Source of the DNA: Hyalangium minutum
Lineage (GTDB): Bacteria; Myxococcota; Myxococcia; Myxococcales; Myxococcaceae
Length of the DNA stretch: 64,000 bases
Assembly (NCBI RefSeq): GCF_000737315.1
Contig: NZ_JMCB01000031.1
Location: 1-64,000, forward strand
Direction: 5' to 3'
Part shown: positions 54,959 through 64,000 of the stretch, piece after piece
Position numbering within the stretch: position 1 is the first letter of the stretch
Layout of the letters: each line of letters begins with the position of its first letter
Translations under genes and position numbers: made by a program
Notes under the pieces: model-generated
The model's database searches: none
The model's input: only the letters and a program-made list of their open reading frames with translations
Told to the model about the DNA's origin: nothing

Positions 54959-57397
54959 ATGTGGCAGGACCTTCGCTTCGGTCTCCGCGTCTGGGCTCGG
55001 CAGCCCGGTCTCACCCTGATCGTGCTGCTGACCCTGGCCCTGGGGATCGGCGCGAACACGTCCCTGTTCAGCGTCATCAACGCCGTGCTGCTGCGGCCCC
55101 TCCCCTTCCCTGAGCCGGAGCGCCTCGTGCGCCTCTGGGGCGTGGACAAGGCCCAGGCGCAGCTCGCCGGGGATGCGGGCCGCAATGACTATGGCGCTTC
55201 CCCCATCGACGTCCTCGACTGGAGGGCCCAGAGCCACAGCTTCGAGGAGCTGGCCGTGACTGGCTCGGGCGGCGCGACGCTCATCACCGGGGAGGGCGGC
55301 TCGGTGCAGGTCCGGAGCGAGGGCGTCTCCCACAACTTCTTCACGCTGCTCGGCGTCTCGCCGGTGCTGGGCCGCTTCTTCGAGACGGATTCGAGCGGCA
55401 AGCCCGAAGACAAGGTCGTCGTCCTCAGCGAGTCCCTGTGGCGGCGGCAGTTCGGTGCGGATCCGTCCGTACTGGGCCGCACCGTCACCCTGGCGGGCAA
55501 GCCCTGCACCGTCATCGGCGTCGCGCCGCTGGGGCTCGAGCCCCCCCTGTTCAGCCCCCGAGGCGCCCCGGACATCTGGCACCCGGTCGCACTGAATGAG
55601 CCTCCCTCCATGCGCGGGGTGCGCTGGTACGCCGTGCTCGGCCGCCTGCGCGAGGGCGTCACGGTGGCGCAGGCCCAGGCGGAGCTGGATGCCCTCAACC
55701 AGCGGCTGGAGATGGACTTCCCTGCCACCAACACCGGCCGGAGCGTCCTGGTGATGCCGCTGACGGAGTCCTTGGTGCAGGAGGTCCGCCCTGCCCTGCT
55801 CCTGCTGCTGGGCGCAGTGGGCTTCGTGCTGTTGATTGGCACCGCCAATGTGGCCAACCTCCTGATTGCCCGCTCCGTCACCCGCCAGCGCGAGCTGGCC
55901 ATCCGCACCGCGCTCGGTGCGAGCCGGGGCCGGCTCCTGCGCCAGTTGCTCGTCGAGAGCCTCCTGGTGGCGCTCGCGGGTGGGACGCTGGGGCTGCTGC
56001 TCGCGCTGTGGCTCACGGATGTGCTGGTCGCGCTGAGCGGCAACGGCATGCCCCGGCTCCAGTCGGTGCATGTGGATGGGCGAGTGCTGGCCTTCACGCT
56101 CGCGGTGTCGCTGTCATCGGGCCTCCTCTTCGGCCTGCTCCCGGCGCTCCAGGGCTCACGGCTTGCGCAGCAAGCGGCCGCCGGGCTGCCGGGACGCTCC
56201 GTGTCCACGGGCCGGTCTCAGCGCTGGACCCGCCAGGCGCTCGTCGCGGGAGAGGTGGCACTCTCACTCGTGCTGCTCGTGGGGGCGGGGCTGCTGCTGC
56301 AGACGTTCTGGCGGCTGCAGCGGGTGGATCCAGGCTTCCAGCCCCAGCAGGTGCTGACGCTGGAGCTCGCCACGCCTCGGCCCTGGACCACGACCCCGGA
56401 GCAGGCCTTATCCAACTCGATGAGAATCCTGGAGGAGGTGCGCACCCTGCCCGGAGTCATCGACGCCGGGAGCATGAGCCTGCTGCCGCTGAGCGACGTC
56501 GAGGCGTGCCAGCCCGTCCGGGTGGAGAAGCGCGCTCAGGGCGCGGAGCCACCGCCTTGCGCGGAGGTGCGCACGAGCAGCCCCGGCTACTTCCGTGCCA
56601 TGGGCCTGCCGCTGCTGTCCGGGCGGTTGTTCGATGCGCGCGACACCCAGGGCCAGCCCCGGGTGGTGGTCATCAACAGCGCCATGGCCCGCCGCTTCTT
56701 CCCGGGCGAGAGCCCGCTCGGCAAGCGGATCGCCGCGGGCTCCTCGGCGGAGCCCCCTTGGATGGAGGTCATCGGCGTGGTGGGGGACGTGCACCACTTC
56801 GGGCCCAGCAAGGCGCCCGTGCCGGAGTTCTACAAGGCCCAGTTCCAGGATCCGGTGTGGACCTACTGGCTGGTGGTGCGCTCGGAGCGGGAGGCGGGCC
56901 AGGTCCTCTCCGCCGTGCGAGGAGCCATCCGGCGCATCGACCCAGAGATTCCCGTGTTCAACGTCCGCACGGCGGAGGAGCTGCTGTCCGGCTCCGTGGC
57001 CCAGCCGCGCTTCCGGGCCCTGCTGCTGGGCGCGTTCGCGGCGCTGGCCATGCTGCTGGCGGCGCTGGGCATCGCGGGCGTCGTCTCCTGGTCGGTGGCA
57101 CAGCGCACGCGGGAGATTGGCATCCGGGTGGCGCTGGGTGCGCAGCCCCGGGATGTGCTGCGGATGGTGATGGGGCAAGGTCTCGCCGCGGTGCTGGTGG
57201 GCGTGGCGCTGGGGCTTGCCGGAGCGCTCGCGCTCACCCGGGTGCTGGAAGGGCTGCTCTTCGAGCTCACCGCGACGGACCCACTCACCTTCGCCAGCGG
57301 CGTGGTGGCGCTGACGGGTACCGCGCTGTTGGCCAGCTACCTGCCCACGCGCCGGGCGCTGCGGATCGATCCGGCCGAGGCCCTGCGGCTCGAATAG
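54959..57397 (+). CDS. MacB/FtsX-type duplicated ABC transporter permease (ADOP family)
   Basis: [46 protein letters not shown]. Confidence 0.92.
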   Translation: MWQDLRFGLRVWARQPGLTLIVLLTLALGIGANTSLFSVINAVLLRPLPFPEPERLVRLWGVDKAQAQLAGDAGRNDYGASPIDVLDWRAQSHSFEELAVTGSGGATLITGEGGSVQVRSEGVSHNFFTLLGVSPVLGRFFETDSSGKPEDKVVVLSESLWRRQFGADPSVLGRTVTLAGKPCTVIGVAPLGLEPPLFSPRGAPDIWHPVALNEPPSMRGVRWYAVLGRLREGVTVAQAQAELDALNQRLEMDFPATNTGRSVLVMPLTESLVQEVRPALLLLLGAVGFVLLIGTANVANLLIARSVTRQRELAIRTALGASRGRLLRQLLVESLLVALAGGTLGLLLALWLTDVLVALSGNGMPRLQSVHVDGRVLAFTLAVSLSSGLLFGLLPALQGSRLAQQAAAGLPGRSVSTGRSQRWTRQALVAGEVALSLVLLVGAGLLLQTFWRLQRVDPGFQPQQVLTLELATPRPWTTTPEQALSNSMRILEEVRTLPGVIDAGSMSLLPLSDVEACQPVRVEKRAQGAEPPPCAEVRTSSPGYFRAMGLPLLSGRLFDARDTQGQPRVVVINSAMARRFFPGESPLGKRIAAGSSAEPPWMEVIGVVGDVHHFGPSKAPVPEFYKAQFQDPVWTYWLVVRSEREAGQVLSAVRGAIRRIDPEIPVFNVRTAEELLSGSVAQPRFRALLLGAFAALAMLLAALGIAGVVSWSVAQRTREIGIRVALGAQPRDVLRMVMGQGLAAVLVGVALGLAGALALTRVLEGLLFELTATDPLTFASGVVALTGTALLASYLPTRRALRIDPAEALRLE

Positions 57398-57427
57398 AGG
57401 AGGCGCTGTCCGGCGCCCCCGGGCGGC

Positions 57428-59203
57428 TCACAGCCGCAGCTTCTTCGCGGTGGTCTGCCCGGCGCGAATCTCCACCTCGATGACGGTGGAGATGTTCTTC
57501 TCCTCGTTGACGAGCTTGAGCTGGTATTTCCCGGCAGGCAGCTGCACGTCGATGAGCGGAGTGTCTCCCAGCCGCTGCTTGCGCAGGAAGACGCGGGTCC
57601 ACGGCGTCGTGTCCAGGGTCAGCTTGCCCATGGCCGCCTTCTTCGCCGGCCGGCTCTGCGAAGCACTGGGGGACGCAGTCTCGGTGGACGTGGGAGGAGG
57701 ATTCGGCGTGGGGGCGGGCTCCACCGCCAGGGCGAGCAGCACCATGGCTCGCTCGCCAGGGTTGGCCAGCTTCACCTGCCGCTCCGCGGGCAGCCGTCCC
57801 TCCAGCGAGGCGGCCACGCTGTGCTCGCCCACGCTGAGCGTGTCGAGTGTCAGCGGTGAGTGCCCCACCTCCTGGCCGTCCACCTTGATCAGCGCGCCGG
57901 GAGGATCCGTCTCGATGGTGAGGATCGGCGGCGCGGGAGCCACGGGCGGTGTGGCCACCGGAGGGGGCACCGGCTCTACCGACCCACCGGAGCGCAGGGC
58001 GAAGAAAGCGCCCATGCCCCCGAGCAACAACAGCCCGCCCACGGCGGCGGCGGTCATCGATAGCCGGGACCGCTTGCGCAGGGACTGCTCCAGCGTGGTC
58101 TCCTCATCCACCTGGGCGCGCCCGGGCATGGAATCGCCCGTGTTGCTGCTCACGGCGCGGCGGATGCCCGTCGAGGAGACCTCACCGTTGCGGGCCGCCT
58201 CCAACATCTTCGCCCGCTCCTGGATGCGCGCGCCGAAGCGCTCGTGCATGTAGGCGGCGAGCTCGGCGGCACCGGGCACCTCGGGCTGGCTGCGCAGCCA
58301 CTCCTCCAGCGCGTACTGGAACTGGCGTCCGGTGGAGTAGCGCTGGTCCGGGTCTCTCGCGAGCGCCCGGGCAATGATGAGGCCCAGGGTGGCGGGAACC
58401 TCGGGGTTCCGCTCGTGCGCCAGGGGAATGGGGTCATCGCTGGCCACCACCCGCAGCGCCTCGAGCGGATCGGAGAACTGGAAGAGCCGCGAGCGCGTCA
58501 CCAGCTCGAACAAGAGGATGCCCAGCGCGAAGATGTCACTGCGCGCGTCGAGGGACTGGCCCTTGGCCTGCTCGGGCGACATGTACGCCGTCTTGCCCTT
58601 GACCTGGCCCACCATGGTCTGGCTCTCGCGGGTGGCCGCCTTGGCGATGCCGAAGTCCACCACCTTCACCACGCCGTCGTAGGTGACGAGGATGTTCTGC
58701 GGGGACACGTCCCGGTGGACGATGCCGAGCAGCTTCCCGTCCGGGCCCGTCTTGGTGTGGGCGTAGGCCAGGCCCTCGGCGGCGTCGGCGATGACGCGCA
58801 CCGCCAAGGGGATGGGCAGCGGCTGGCTCTGGCGCGCGCCAGTGCGTGCGATGGCGGCCAGGTTCTCACCCGGCAGGTACTCCATCGCGATGAAGAAGGC
58901 CCCCGCCTCCTCGCCCAGGTCGAAGATCTGGACGATGTGGGGGTGGTTGAGCTGCGCGGCGATCCGAGCCTCGTCCAGGAACATGGCGACGAACTCGGGA
59001 TCGGTGCCCAGCCCATCCAGGATGCGCTTGATGACGACGAACTTCTCGAAGCCCTTGAGCCCCGCCTGGCGGGCCAGCCAGATCTCCGCCATGCCCCCCA
59101 CGGCGATCCGCGCCAGCAGGTGATAGCGGCCCACCGTCAGCCCCTGATGCCAGACGGCAGGGACGGCCTCGAAGGGGGCCTCGGTGTGGGGGGTGTTGCT
59201 CAC
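57428..59203 (-). CDS. Ser/Thr protein kinase with TM and PEGA domains
   Basis: GGMAEI, VVIKR, HRDVSPQN, DFG, YMSPE; ETDPPGA.IKVDG PEGA. Confidence 0.95.
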   Translation of the reverse strand: MSNTPHTEAPFEAVPAVWHQGLTVGRYHLLARIAVGGMAEIWLARQAGLKGFEKFVVIKRILDGLGTDPEFVAMFLDEARIAAQLNHPHIVQIFDLGEEAGAFFIAMEYLPGENLAAIARTGARQSQPLPIPLAVRVIADAAEGLAYAHTKTGPDGKLLGIVHRDVSPQNILVTYDGVVKVVDFGIAKAATRESQTMVGQVKGKTAYMSPEQAKGQSLDARSDIFALGILLFELVTRSRLFQFSDPLEALRVVASDDPIPLAHERNPEVPATLGLIIARALARDPDQRYSTGRQFQYALEEWLRSQPEVPGAAELAAYMHERFGARIQERAKMLEAARNGEVSSTGIRRAVSSNTGDSMPGRAQVDEETTLEQSLRKRSRLSMTAAAVGGLLLLGGMGAFFALRSGGSVEPVPPPVATPPVAPAPPILTIETDPPGALIKVDGQEVGHSPLTLDTLSVGEHSVAASLEGRLPAERQVKLANPGERAMVLLALAVEPAPTPNPPPTSTETASPSASQSRPAKKAAMGKLTLDTTPWTRVFLRKQRLGDTPLIDVQLPAGKYQLKLVNEEKNISTVIEVEIRAGQTTAKKLRL

Positions 59204-59279
59204 GTGGGAACTTTCTTCATCCTTGAAGGGGACTGTCAATTCGACGCTCCGCCAGAGCAGCGACTAACATGGATCCTCC

Positions 59280-60320
59280 GTGTCTCGCCTCCCCCCACTC
59301 CTCGTCTTCACCCTCGCCCTGCTCCTGGCCCCGGTGGCGTGGGGACAAACGCCCAATCCGGATCTATCCCGGGCCCGCGAGTCTCTGGAAGCACTGCGCT
59401 ATAGCGAGGCCACCAAAGCCCTGGAGGCGGCCCGCGCCCGCCCTGGCAATGACCGGGAGACGCTCCTGCAAATTCTGGAGCTTCAGGGCGTGGTGGCCGC
59501 CATGCTCAACCAGTCCGCCAAGGCGCGCACGGCCTTCCAGACGCTGGCGGTCCTGGCCCCGGAGCACCAGCTCACGGGGGACTACGCCCCCCGGGTGGTG
59601 ACGCCCTTCTTCGAGGCCAAGGGCTGGGTGGCTGATCAGAATGCCGAGCTGCGCTTCGAGACGGCCCCCGCGGAGAAGACCGGGCACAACATCGAGAGTC
59701 TGGCCGTGCAGGCGACCTCGGACGTCCTGAAGCTGGGACGCTCCGTGCGCTTTCACTTACACCCTGAGGGAAACACCTGGACGGAGCAGGAGAGCCCGCT
59801 GGTGGGCGGCCAGGCGTCGGTGGAGGTGAAGGGTGAACGGATCCGATGGTGGGCAGAGCTGCTCGACGAGCAGCAGGCTGTGCTCGCCCAGGTGGGCAGC
59901 GCCGAGGCCCCCCTGACGGAGCTCTCGCCCCGGCTGGAAGCGCTTGCACGCGCCCTGACCGAGCCGGTGAACCCCGAGGACTCCGGGAGTCACTCCTCCT
60001 TGCGCACCGCGTCGTATGCCCTCCTGGGGGCGGCGGTGGGAACGGGTGCGGCGGGCGGGTACTTCGGGTGGCGCTCGCGCAGCGCCCGGAAGGAGCTCGA
60101 GGACGCGCCAGTGAATGAGCAGGGTGTCACCGTAGGCATCACCCAGCGCGAGGCGGTAGCGCTTGATGAGCGGGCCCGCTCCAGCGCCAAGGTGGCCAAC
60201 ATCCTCTTCGGGGTGGCGGGTGCCACGGCCATCGTGGGAGGAACGCTCTGGGTGCTCGGCGCGCCTGTGACGGTCTCTGCGGCCCCCACGGGGGTTACGG
60301 TCGGAGGTGAGTTCCCATGA
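59280..60320 (+). CDS. Secreted TPR-containing protein with C-terminal hydrophobic segments
   Basis: Signal peptide, TPR-like helices, myxobacterial C-terminal TM/beta tail. Confidence 0.75.
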   Translation: MSRLPPLLVFTLALLLAPVAWGQTPNPDLSRARESLEALRYSEATKALEAARARPGNDRETLLQILELQGVVAAMLNQSAKARTAFQTLAVLAPEHQLTGDYAPRVVTPFFEAKGWVADQNAELRFETAPAEKTGHNIESLAVQATSDVLKLGRSVRFHLHPEGNTWTEQESPLVGGQASVEVKGERIRWWAELLDEQQAVLAQVGSAEAPLTELSPRLEALARALTEPVNPEDSGSHSSLRTASYALLGAAVGTGAAGGYFGWRSRSARKELEDAPVNEQGVTVGITQREAVALDERARSSAKVANILFGVAGATAIVGGTLWVLGAPVTVSAAPTGVTVGGEFP

Positions 60321-62314
60321 GGGCCTCGCGGTCTCGCGTCCTCGGGTGGTTCTTCGCGCTGGGAATGGCGTTGCTGGCCTCGGTGCAGGGCTGTGACTGT
60401 GGCTCCACGGGGCTCGACACGCGCCGCTTCGCCTGCACCCAGGACGACGAGTGCGCCTCGGGTTTCGTCTGCCGCGAGGGCGAGTGCCAGCCCGAAGGCT
60501 CCACGGTGGAGGATGGGGGCGTGGACGGGGGAACCCCGGATGGAGGCGGCGACGGAGGCCCCACGGACGGGACGGATGGAGGCACGCTGCCGGATGGCGG
60601 CACGCCGGCTCGGCCCACTCAGATCACCTTCGTCACCCCCGTGCAGACGATGGTTCCGGCGGGCGCGTGCTCGACCGCGACCATCGAAGCCCGGGACGCG
60701 AATGGAAGCGCCGCTCCGGTGGCCGCCAACACGGTCCTGAGCCTCGTCTCGCAGCCGGGCGCGGGCGCGGGCTTCAGATTCTACAGCGATTCCGGCTGCA
60801 CCACCTCCACGAGCACAATGACGATGGCCGCGGGCACCAGCCGCGCCACCTTCTACTTCCGAGGCACCTTGGCGCGCTCCTACCGGCTCACCGTGTCGGC
60901 CACAGGGCTGGGGTCCGTGCAGCAGACGGAGTCCATCGTGGCTGGCGCACCGGCGAGCCTGGTCTTCATCAGCGATCCTCAGACTGTCCAGGCCGGAGTC
61001 TGCTCCTCCCGGGTAGACCTGGAGCTCCGCGACGCCTACGGCAACGCCACCCCGATGCCCACGCAGACCTCCGCCACACTGCTGGCGCAGGAGGGCTCGG
61101 GCATCGTGTTCTTCTTCGACTCGGACTGCGACACCGCCACCTCGGAGGCGGTGTTCCCGGCGGGCAGTGCGCGGACCAGCTTCTACTTCGGGAGCAAGAC
61201 GGGCGGCACGTTCAACGTGTCCACCACCACGGGGCTGCTCACGGCGACGCAGCGCGAGACGATCCTGCCCGTGGTGCGCACGGGCAGCTGCCCTCTGGAA
61301 GAGGGCGAGGGATGGGTGACGTGCTCCATCTCTCCGCCTCAGGTGGACATGTCGAAGACGCTGCTGATGTTCCAGGCCAGTTCTGACGACGACAGCCCCG
61401 ACAGCGCGAGCCTGAACTGCTCGCTCACGTCCGAGAGCACCATCACCTGCAGCCGGAACGACTTCGACGACGGAGATGAGCCCGAGATCCTCATCCGCTG
61501 GCAGACGGCGGAGCTGGCCACGGGATTGAATGTCCAGCACCTGCAGGCCGAGTGCAGCGGGGAGCCGGAGACCGAGCTGCCCATCGAGCCCGTCTCCAGC
61601 CTGCTGAACACCTTTTTGCTGGTGAGCTCCGAGCAGAACGGCTCCACCCAGGGAGACGATGACTACTACACCGCGTCCATGTCCGCGGTGGACCATGTGG
61701 ACCTGAACTTCTCCTCGGACTGCCAGTTGAGCTGGACGGCCTCGGTTCAGGTCGTGGAGTACCAGGGCACCGACGTCACCCGGGGGCTGACGGGGAGCAT
61801 GAACGGCACCTCGCTCGTCGTCTCCAACCTGCCGCCCGTGGACCTGGGCTCCACGGCGCTGCTCTTCACCTACCGGACGACAGGCGCCGACAACACGTCG
61901 GTCATGTGTGACCGCATCCTTCGCGGAGAGCTCACCTCGCCCACCTCCATCACCTTCACGCGCGGAAGTGGGGCCACGGGGTGCGCGGCCGCAACCATCA
62001 ACTCCATCTCCTGGGAGCGCATCCAGTTCAACGAGCGGGCCCGGGCGCAGCACTTCAATGTGACCATGGGCTCGTCCACCACGACGGTCAACGTGCCGGT
62101 GACGTCCGTGGACACGACGCGCACGCTGGTCTTCGCCAGCGGCCAGATCCAGTCCGGCCAGGGGAGCGGGGAGACGTCCTACTCCGGGGACGACATCATC
62201 GGTGCGGCCCTGGGCTGGCACACGCTCACCTCGCCCACGAACCTGCGGGTGACTCGCGGCGCCGCGCTGGGCACCGCGAGGTTCTACTCCACCGCCCTGC
62301 AGCTCGAGCCCTGA
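60317..62314 (+). CDS. Lipoprotein with Cys-rich motif and Ig-like domains
   Basis: SVQGC lipobox, CTQDDECASGFVCREGEC, DGG repeats, Thr/Ser-rich beta domains; ATGA overlap. Confidence 0.8.
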   Translation: MRASRSRVLGWFFALGMALLASVQGCDCGSTGLDTRRFACTQDDECASGFVCREGECQPEGSTVEDGGVDGGTPDGGGDGGPTDGTDGGTLPDGGTPARPTQITFVTPVQTMVPAGACSTATIEARDANGSAAPVAANTVLSLVSQPGAGAGFRFYSDSGCTTSTSTMTMAAGTSRATFYFRGTLARSYRLTVSATGLGSVQQTESIVAGAPASLVFISDPQTVQAGVCSSRVDLELRDAYGNATPMPTQTSATLLAQEGSGIVFFFDSDCDTATSEAVFPAGSARTSFYFGSKTGGTFNVSTTTGLLTATQRETILPVVRTGSCPLEEGEGWVTCSISPPQVDMSKTLLMFQASSDDDSPDSASLNCSLTSESTITCSRNDFDDGDEPEILIRWQTAELATGLNVQHLQAECSGEPETELPIEPVSSLLNTFLLVSSEQNGSTQGDDDYYTASMSAVDHVDLNFSSDCQLSWTASVQVVEYQGTDVTRGLTGSMNGTSLVVSNLPPVDLGSTALLFTYRTTGADNTSVMCDRILRGELTSPTSITFTRGSGATGCAAATINSISWERIQFNERARAQHFNVTMGSSTTTVNVPVTSVDTTRTLVFASGQIQSGQGSGETSYSGDDIIGAALGWHTLTSPTNLRVTRGAALGTARFYSTALQLEP

Positions 62315-62374
62315 GCTGCCGCTGGGCGAAGGGGCTCACGGGTGGAGTGCACCTCCACCCGGAGCCGGTACGGC

Positions 62375-63007
62375 TTAGAAGCGGCGGCGGTCCTCGCGGC
62401 GATCCTCCCGCTTCTCGCGCTGGTCCTCCCGCAACTCCTGGTGGTTCTGGTTCAGCTCCTGCTGGCCGAGGTTGATGAGCTGGACGATCAGCGAGCGCGT
62501 CCGCTGCAGGTCATACATGTGGCGGCTACCCATCAGAGGGTACAGCTCGCGGGCAATCGCCATCCGCGTCCTCAGCGATTGAGCCTCCGCACGCGCGTCC
62601 TGCACGTCATCGCGCCGGTCGCGGCGGTCATCCTTGAAGGCCGCGGGCCTGCCCCACAGGTCGCCGCGGCGGTCACCGCGCACCTCGCGGTTGTCACGGC
62701 GAATCTCCTTCTTGTCACGCTGCAGCTCGGCTTGGCTCTCGGCCAGTTCCTCGTGGAGCAGCTCGCGCAGCCGGGTCTCCACCGAGGCCATCTCTCGCTC
62801 ATTCCGATTGGCCCACGCCGCGTCGAAGCGCGTCAGCACGGTCTGCAGCTCGGCCAGATCGCGCCGGTCGTCGCGAATCTCGCGCTTGTCCTGGCGGATT
62901 TCCTGGCGGTCCTGCCGGCGCTCCTGGCGGTTGCGCCAGTCCTGGGCGTGCGCCGCGCCAGCGAGGAAGAGGGAGCCAATCAGGAGGGCAGAAGAGAATC
63001 GGTTCAT
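62375..63007 (-). CDS. Secreted highly charged repeat protein
   Basis: Signal peptide AAHA; RQDRQE/RDDRRD repeats. Confidence 0.8.
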   Translation of the reverse strand: MNRFSSALLIGSLFLAGAAHAQDWRNRQERRQDRQEIRQDKREIRDDRRDLAELQTVLTRFDAAWANRNEREMASVETRLRELLHEELAESQAELQRDKKEIRRDNREVRGDRRGDLWGRPAAFKDDRRDRRDDVQDARAEAQSLRTRMAIARELYPLMGSRHMYDLQRTRSLIVQLINLGQQELNQNHQELREDQREKREDRREDRRRF

Positions 63008-63166
63008 GATGGGAGTGTCCGAAAAGGTGGGTTGCTGCGCGCCAGCGGCGCTTCTGTGTACGCCATTCTAGACGCGCCTCGCCGCCGCTTATTCGAGCCC
63101 CCACCGTCTTCGCTGGCGGACCGTCGCGCTTGACAGGGTGGGAGCCCGGCTGCTCTCACCTCGTCC

Positions 63167-64000
63167 ATGCTCTCGCTCCTCCTGGCCGCCACGCTCGCGG
63201 CGGCTCCCGCGCCTCGCGCCCTCGACTCGGCGAACACCGTCGTCCACATCCCCCAGCCGGCCAAGCTCTCCGGCCTCTATGCCTTCATGTCTCGCGCCGG
63301 GGTGCACGCCGCGCTCGCGCGCCCCGCCACCTGGAGCGCCGAGTTCCACCCGTTCCTCGCGCTGGACCCCATGCGCCCGGAGACGCTCACCGCCGCGGGC
63401 ATCGATCCGGCCAGCCCTGCCACGATCTCCTTTATAGAGCGGGGCGAGGTCTCCTGCTCCCGGCTCTCGGACCCGCAGGCCTTCCAGACCCAGGCCCTCG
63501 AGGCGCTCTCCTCCACCACCTCGGTGAAGCCCACCACCGCCAAAGGCATCACCACCGCCAGCGCCCCCCGAGGCACCGGCCGCGCCGGCTATGTCCTCAA
63601 GGGCCAGGAGGCGTGCTCCTTTGCCACCCTCTATGACGATGACGATCTGCTCAAGGCCACCCTCAAGCTGATGGGCAAGACGCCCGCTCCGGATGCGCGC
63701 CTCACCAAGCTCCCCGGCGCCGTCTACGTCATCCAGGGCGCCACCGTGGTGGGCCTCGACGGCACCGCGGACACCCTCCAGGCCGAGGGCACCTCCACCC
63801 GCCTCCCCCTGCCCCCCTTCCAAGCCTCGCCCACCAGCCCCTACGGCGCCCTGAAGCTGGACGGCCTCCTCATCAGCCGCGCGCAGGTGGCCCCCGCGGG
63901 GCTCTCGCAGGCCGTGGGCGCCGTGCGCTACAGCGTCCAGCAGGTGTGCCCCACCTGCCCGCCCGACCAGGTCCAGGCCGTGGCCGAGGCCATCACCCAG
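63167..64000 (+). CDS. Secreted hypothetical protein, runs off the window end
   Basis: MLSLLLAATLAAAPA signal peptide; open frame with GC3 bias to 64000. Confidence 0.75.
   Translation, partial: MLSLLLAATLAAAPAPRALDSANTVVHIPQPAKLSGLYAFMSRAGVHAALARPATWSAEFHPFLALDPMRPETLTAAGIDPASPATISFIERGEVSCSRLSDPQAFQTQALEALSSTTSVKPTTAKGITTASAPRGTGRAGYVLKGQEACSFATLYDDDDLLKATLKLMGKTPAPDARLTKLPGAVYVIQGATVVGLDGTADTLQAEGTSTRLPLPPFQASPTSPYGALKLDGLLISRAQVAPAGLSQAVGAVRYSVQQVCPTCPPDQVQAVAEAITQ

Noticed and set aside
54959-57397. ABC permease as the lanthipeptide exporter
   Set aside because: 16 kb away, a family common in myxobacteria, no ATPase or peptidase domain, no linking evidence
1-64000. rRNA, tRNA or CRISPR-cas loci
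   Set aside because: No recognisable cloverleaf, rRNA signature or repeat-spacer array seen by eye; a tRNAscan/Infernal run would be needed to exclude small RNAs

Overview
GC-rich (~70%) myxobacterial DNA (Myxococcaceae/Archangiaceae-like, judged from frgABC-type genes and myxobacteria-style kinase and lipoprotein families). Three zones. (1) ~0.1-21.2 kb: a degraded phage-like/integrative island. It has a minus-strand backbone (three overlapping tyrosine-recombinase ORFs of which one is intact, two paralogous excisionase-like HTH genes, serine resolvase, Holliday-junction-resolvase-like nuclease, XRE HTH, Dam-like methylase, ASCH) and no virion genes. From 5.7 to 15.1 kb it carries cargo genes (several lipoproteins, an RCC1 beta-propeller, DUF2158 pair) separated by copies of a short intergenic repeat, consensus (GGTG)CTCGACNTGSTGCC. 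(2) 22-35.5 kb: core genes (Mpo1-like x2, adenylate cyclase, asparaginase, rsmE, RDD, frgA-x-frgB-frgC). (3) 35.6-64 kb: an insulated class IV lanthipeptide locus whose precursor has an NHLP-like leader and a (C-x-W-T)3 core, a three-gene radical SAM/FGE-fold operon, a plant-type methionine S-methyltransferase, and assorted metabolic/signalling genes. No rRNA, tRNA or CRISPR array was seen. All family calls come from motif recognition by eye, with no database searches; several start codons were re-chosen using ribosome-binding sites.
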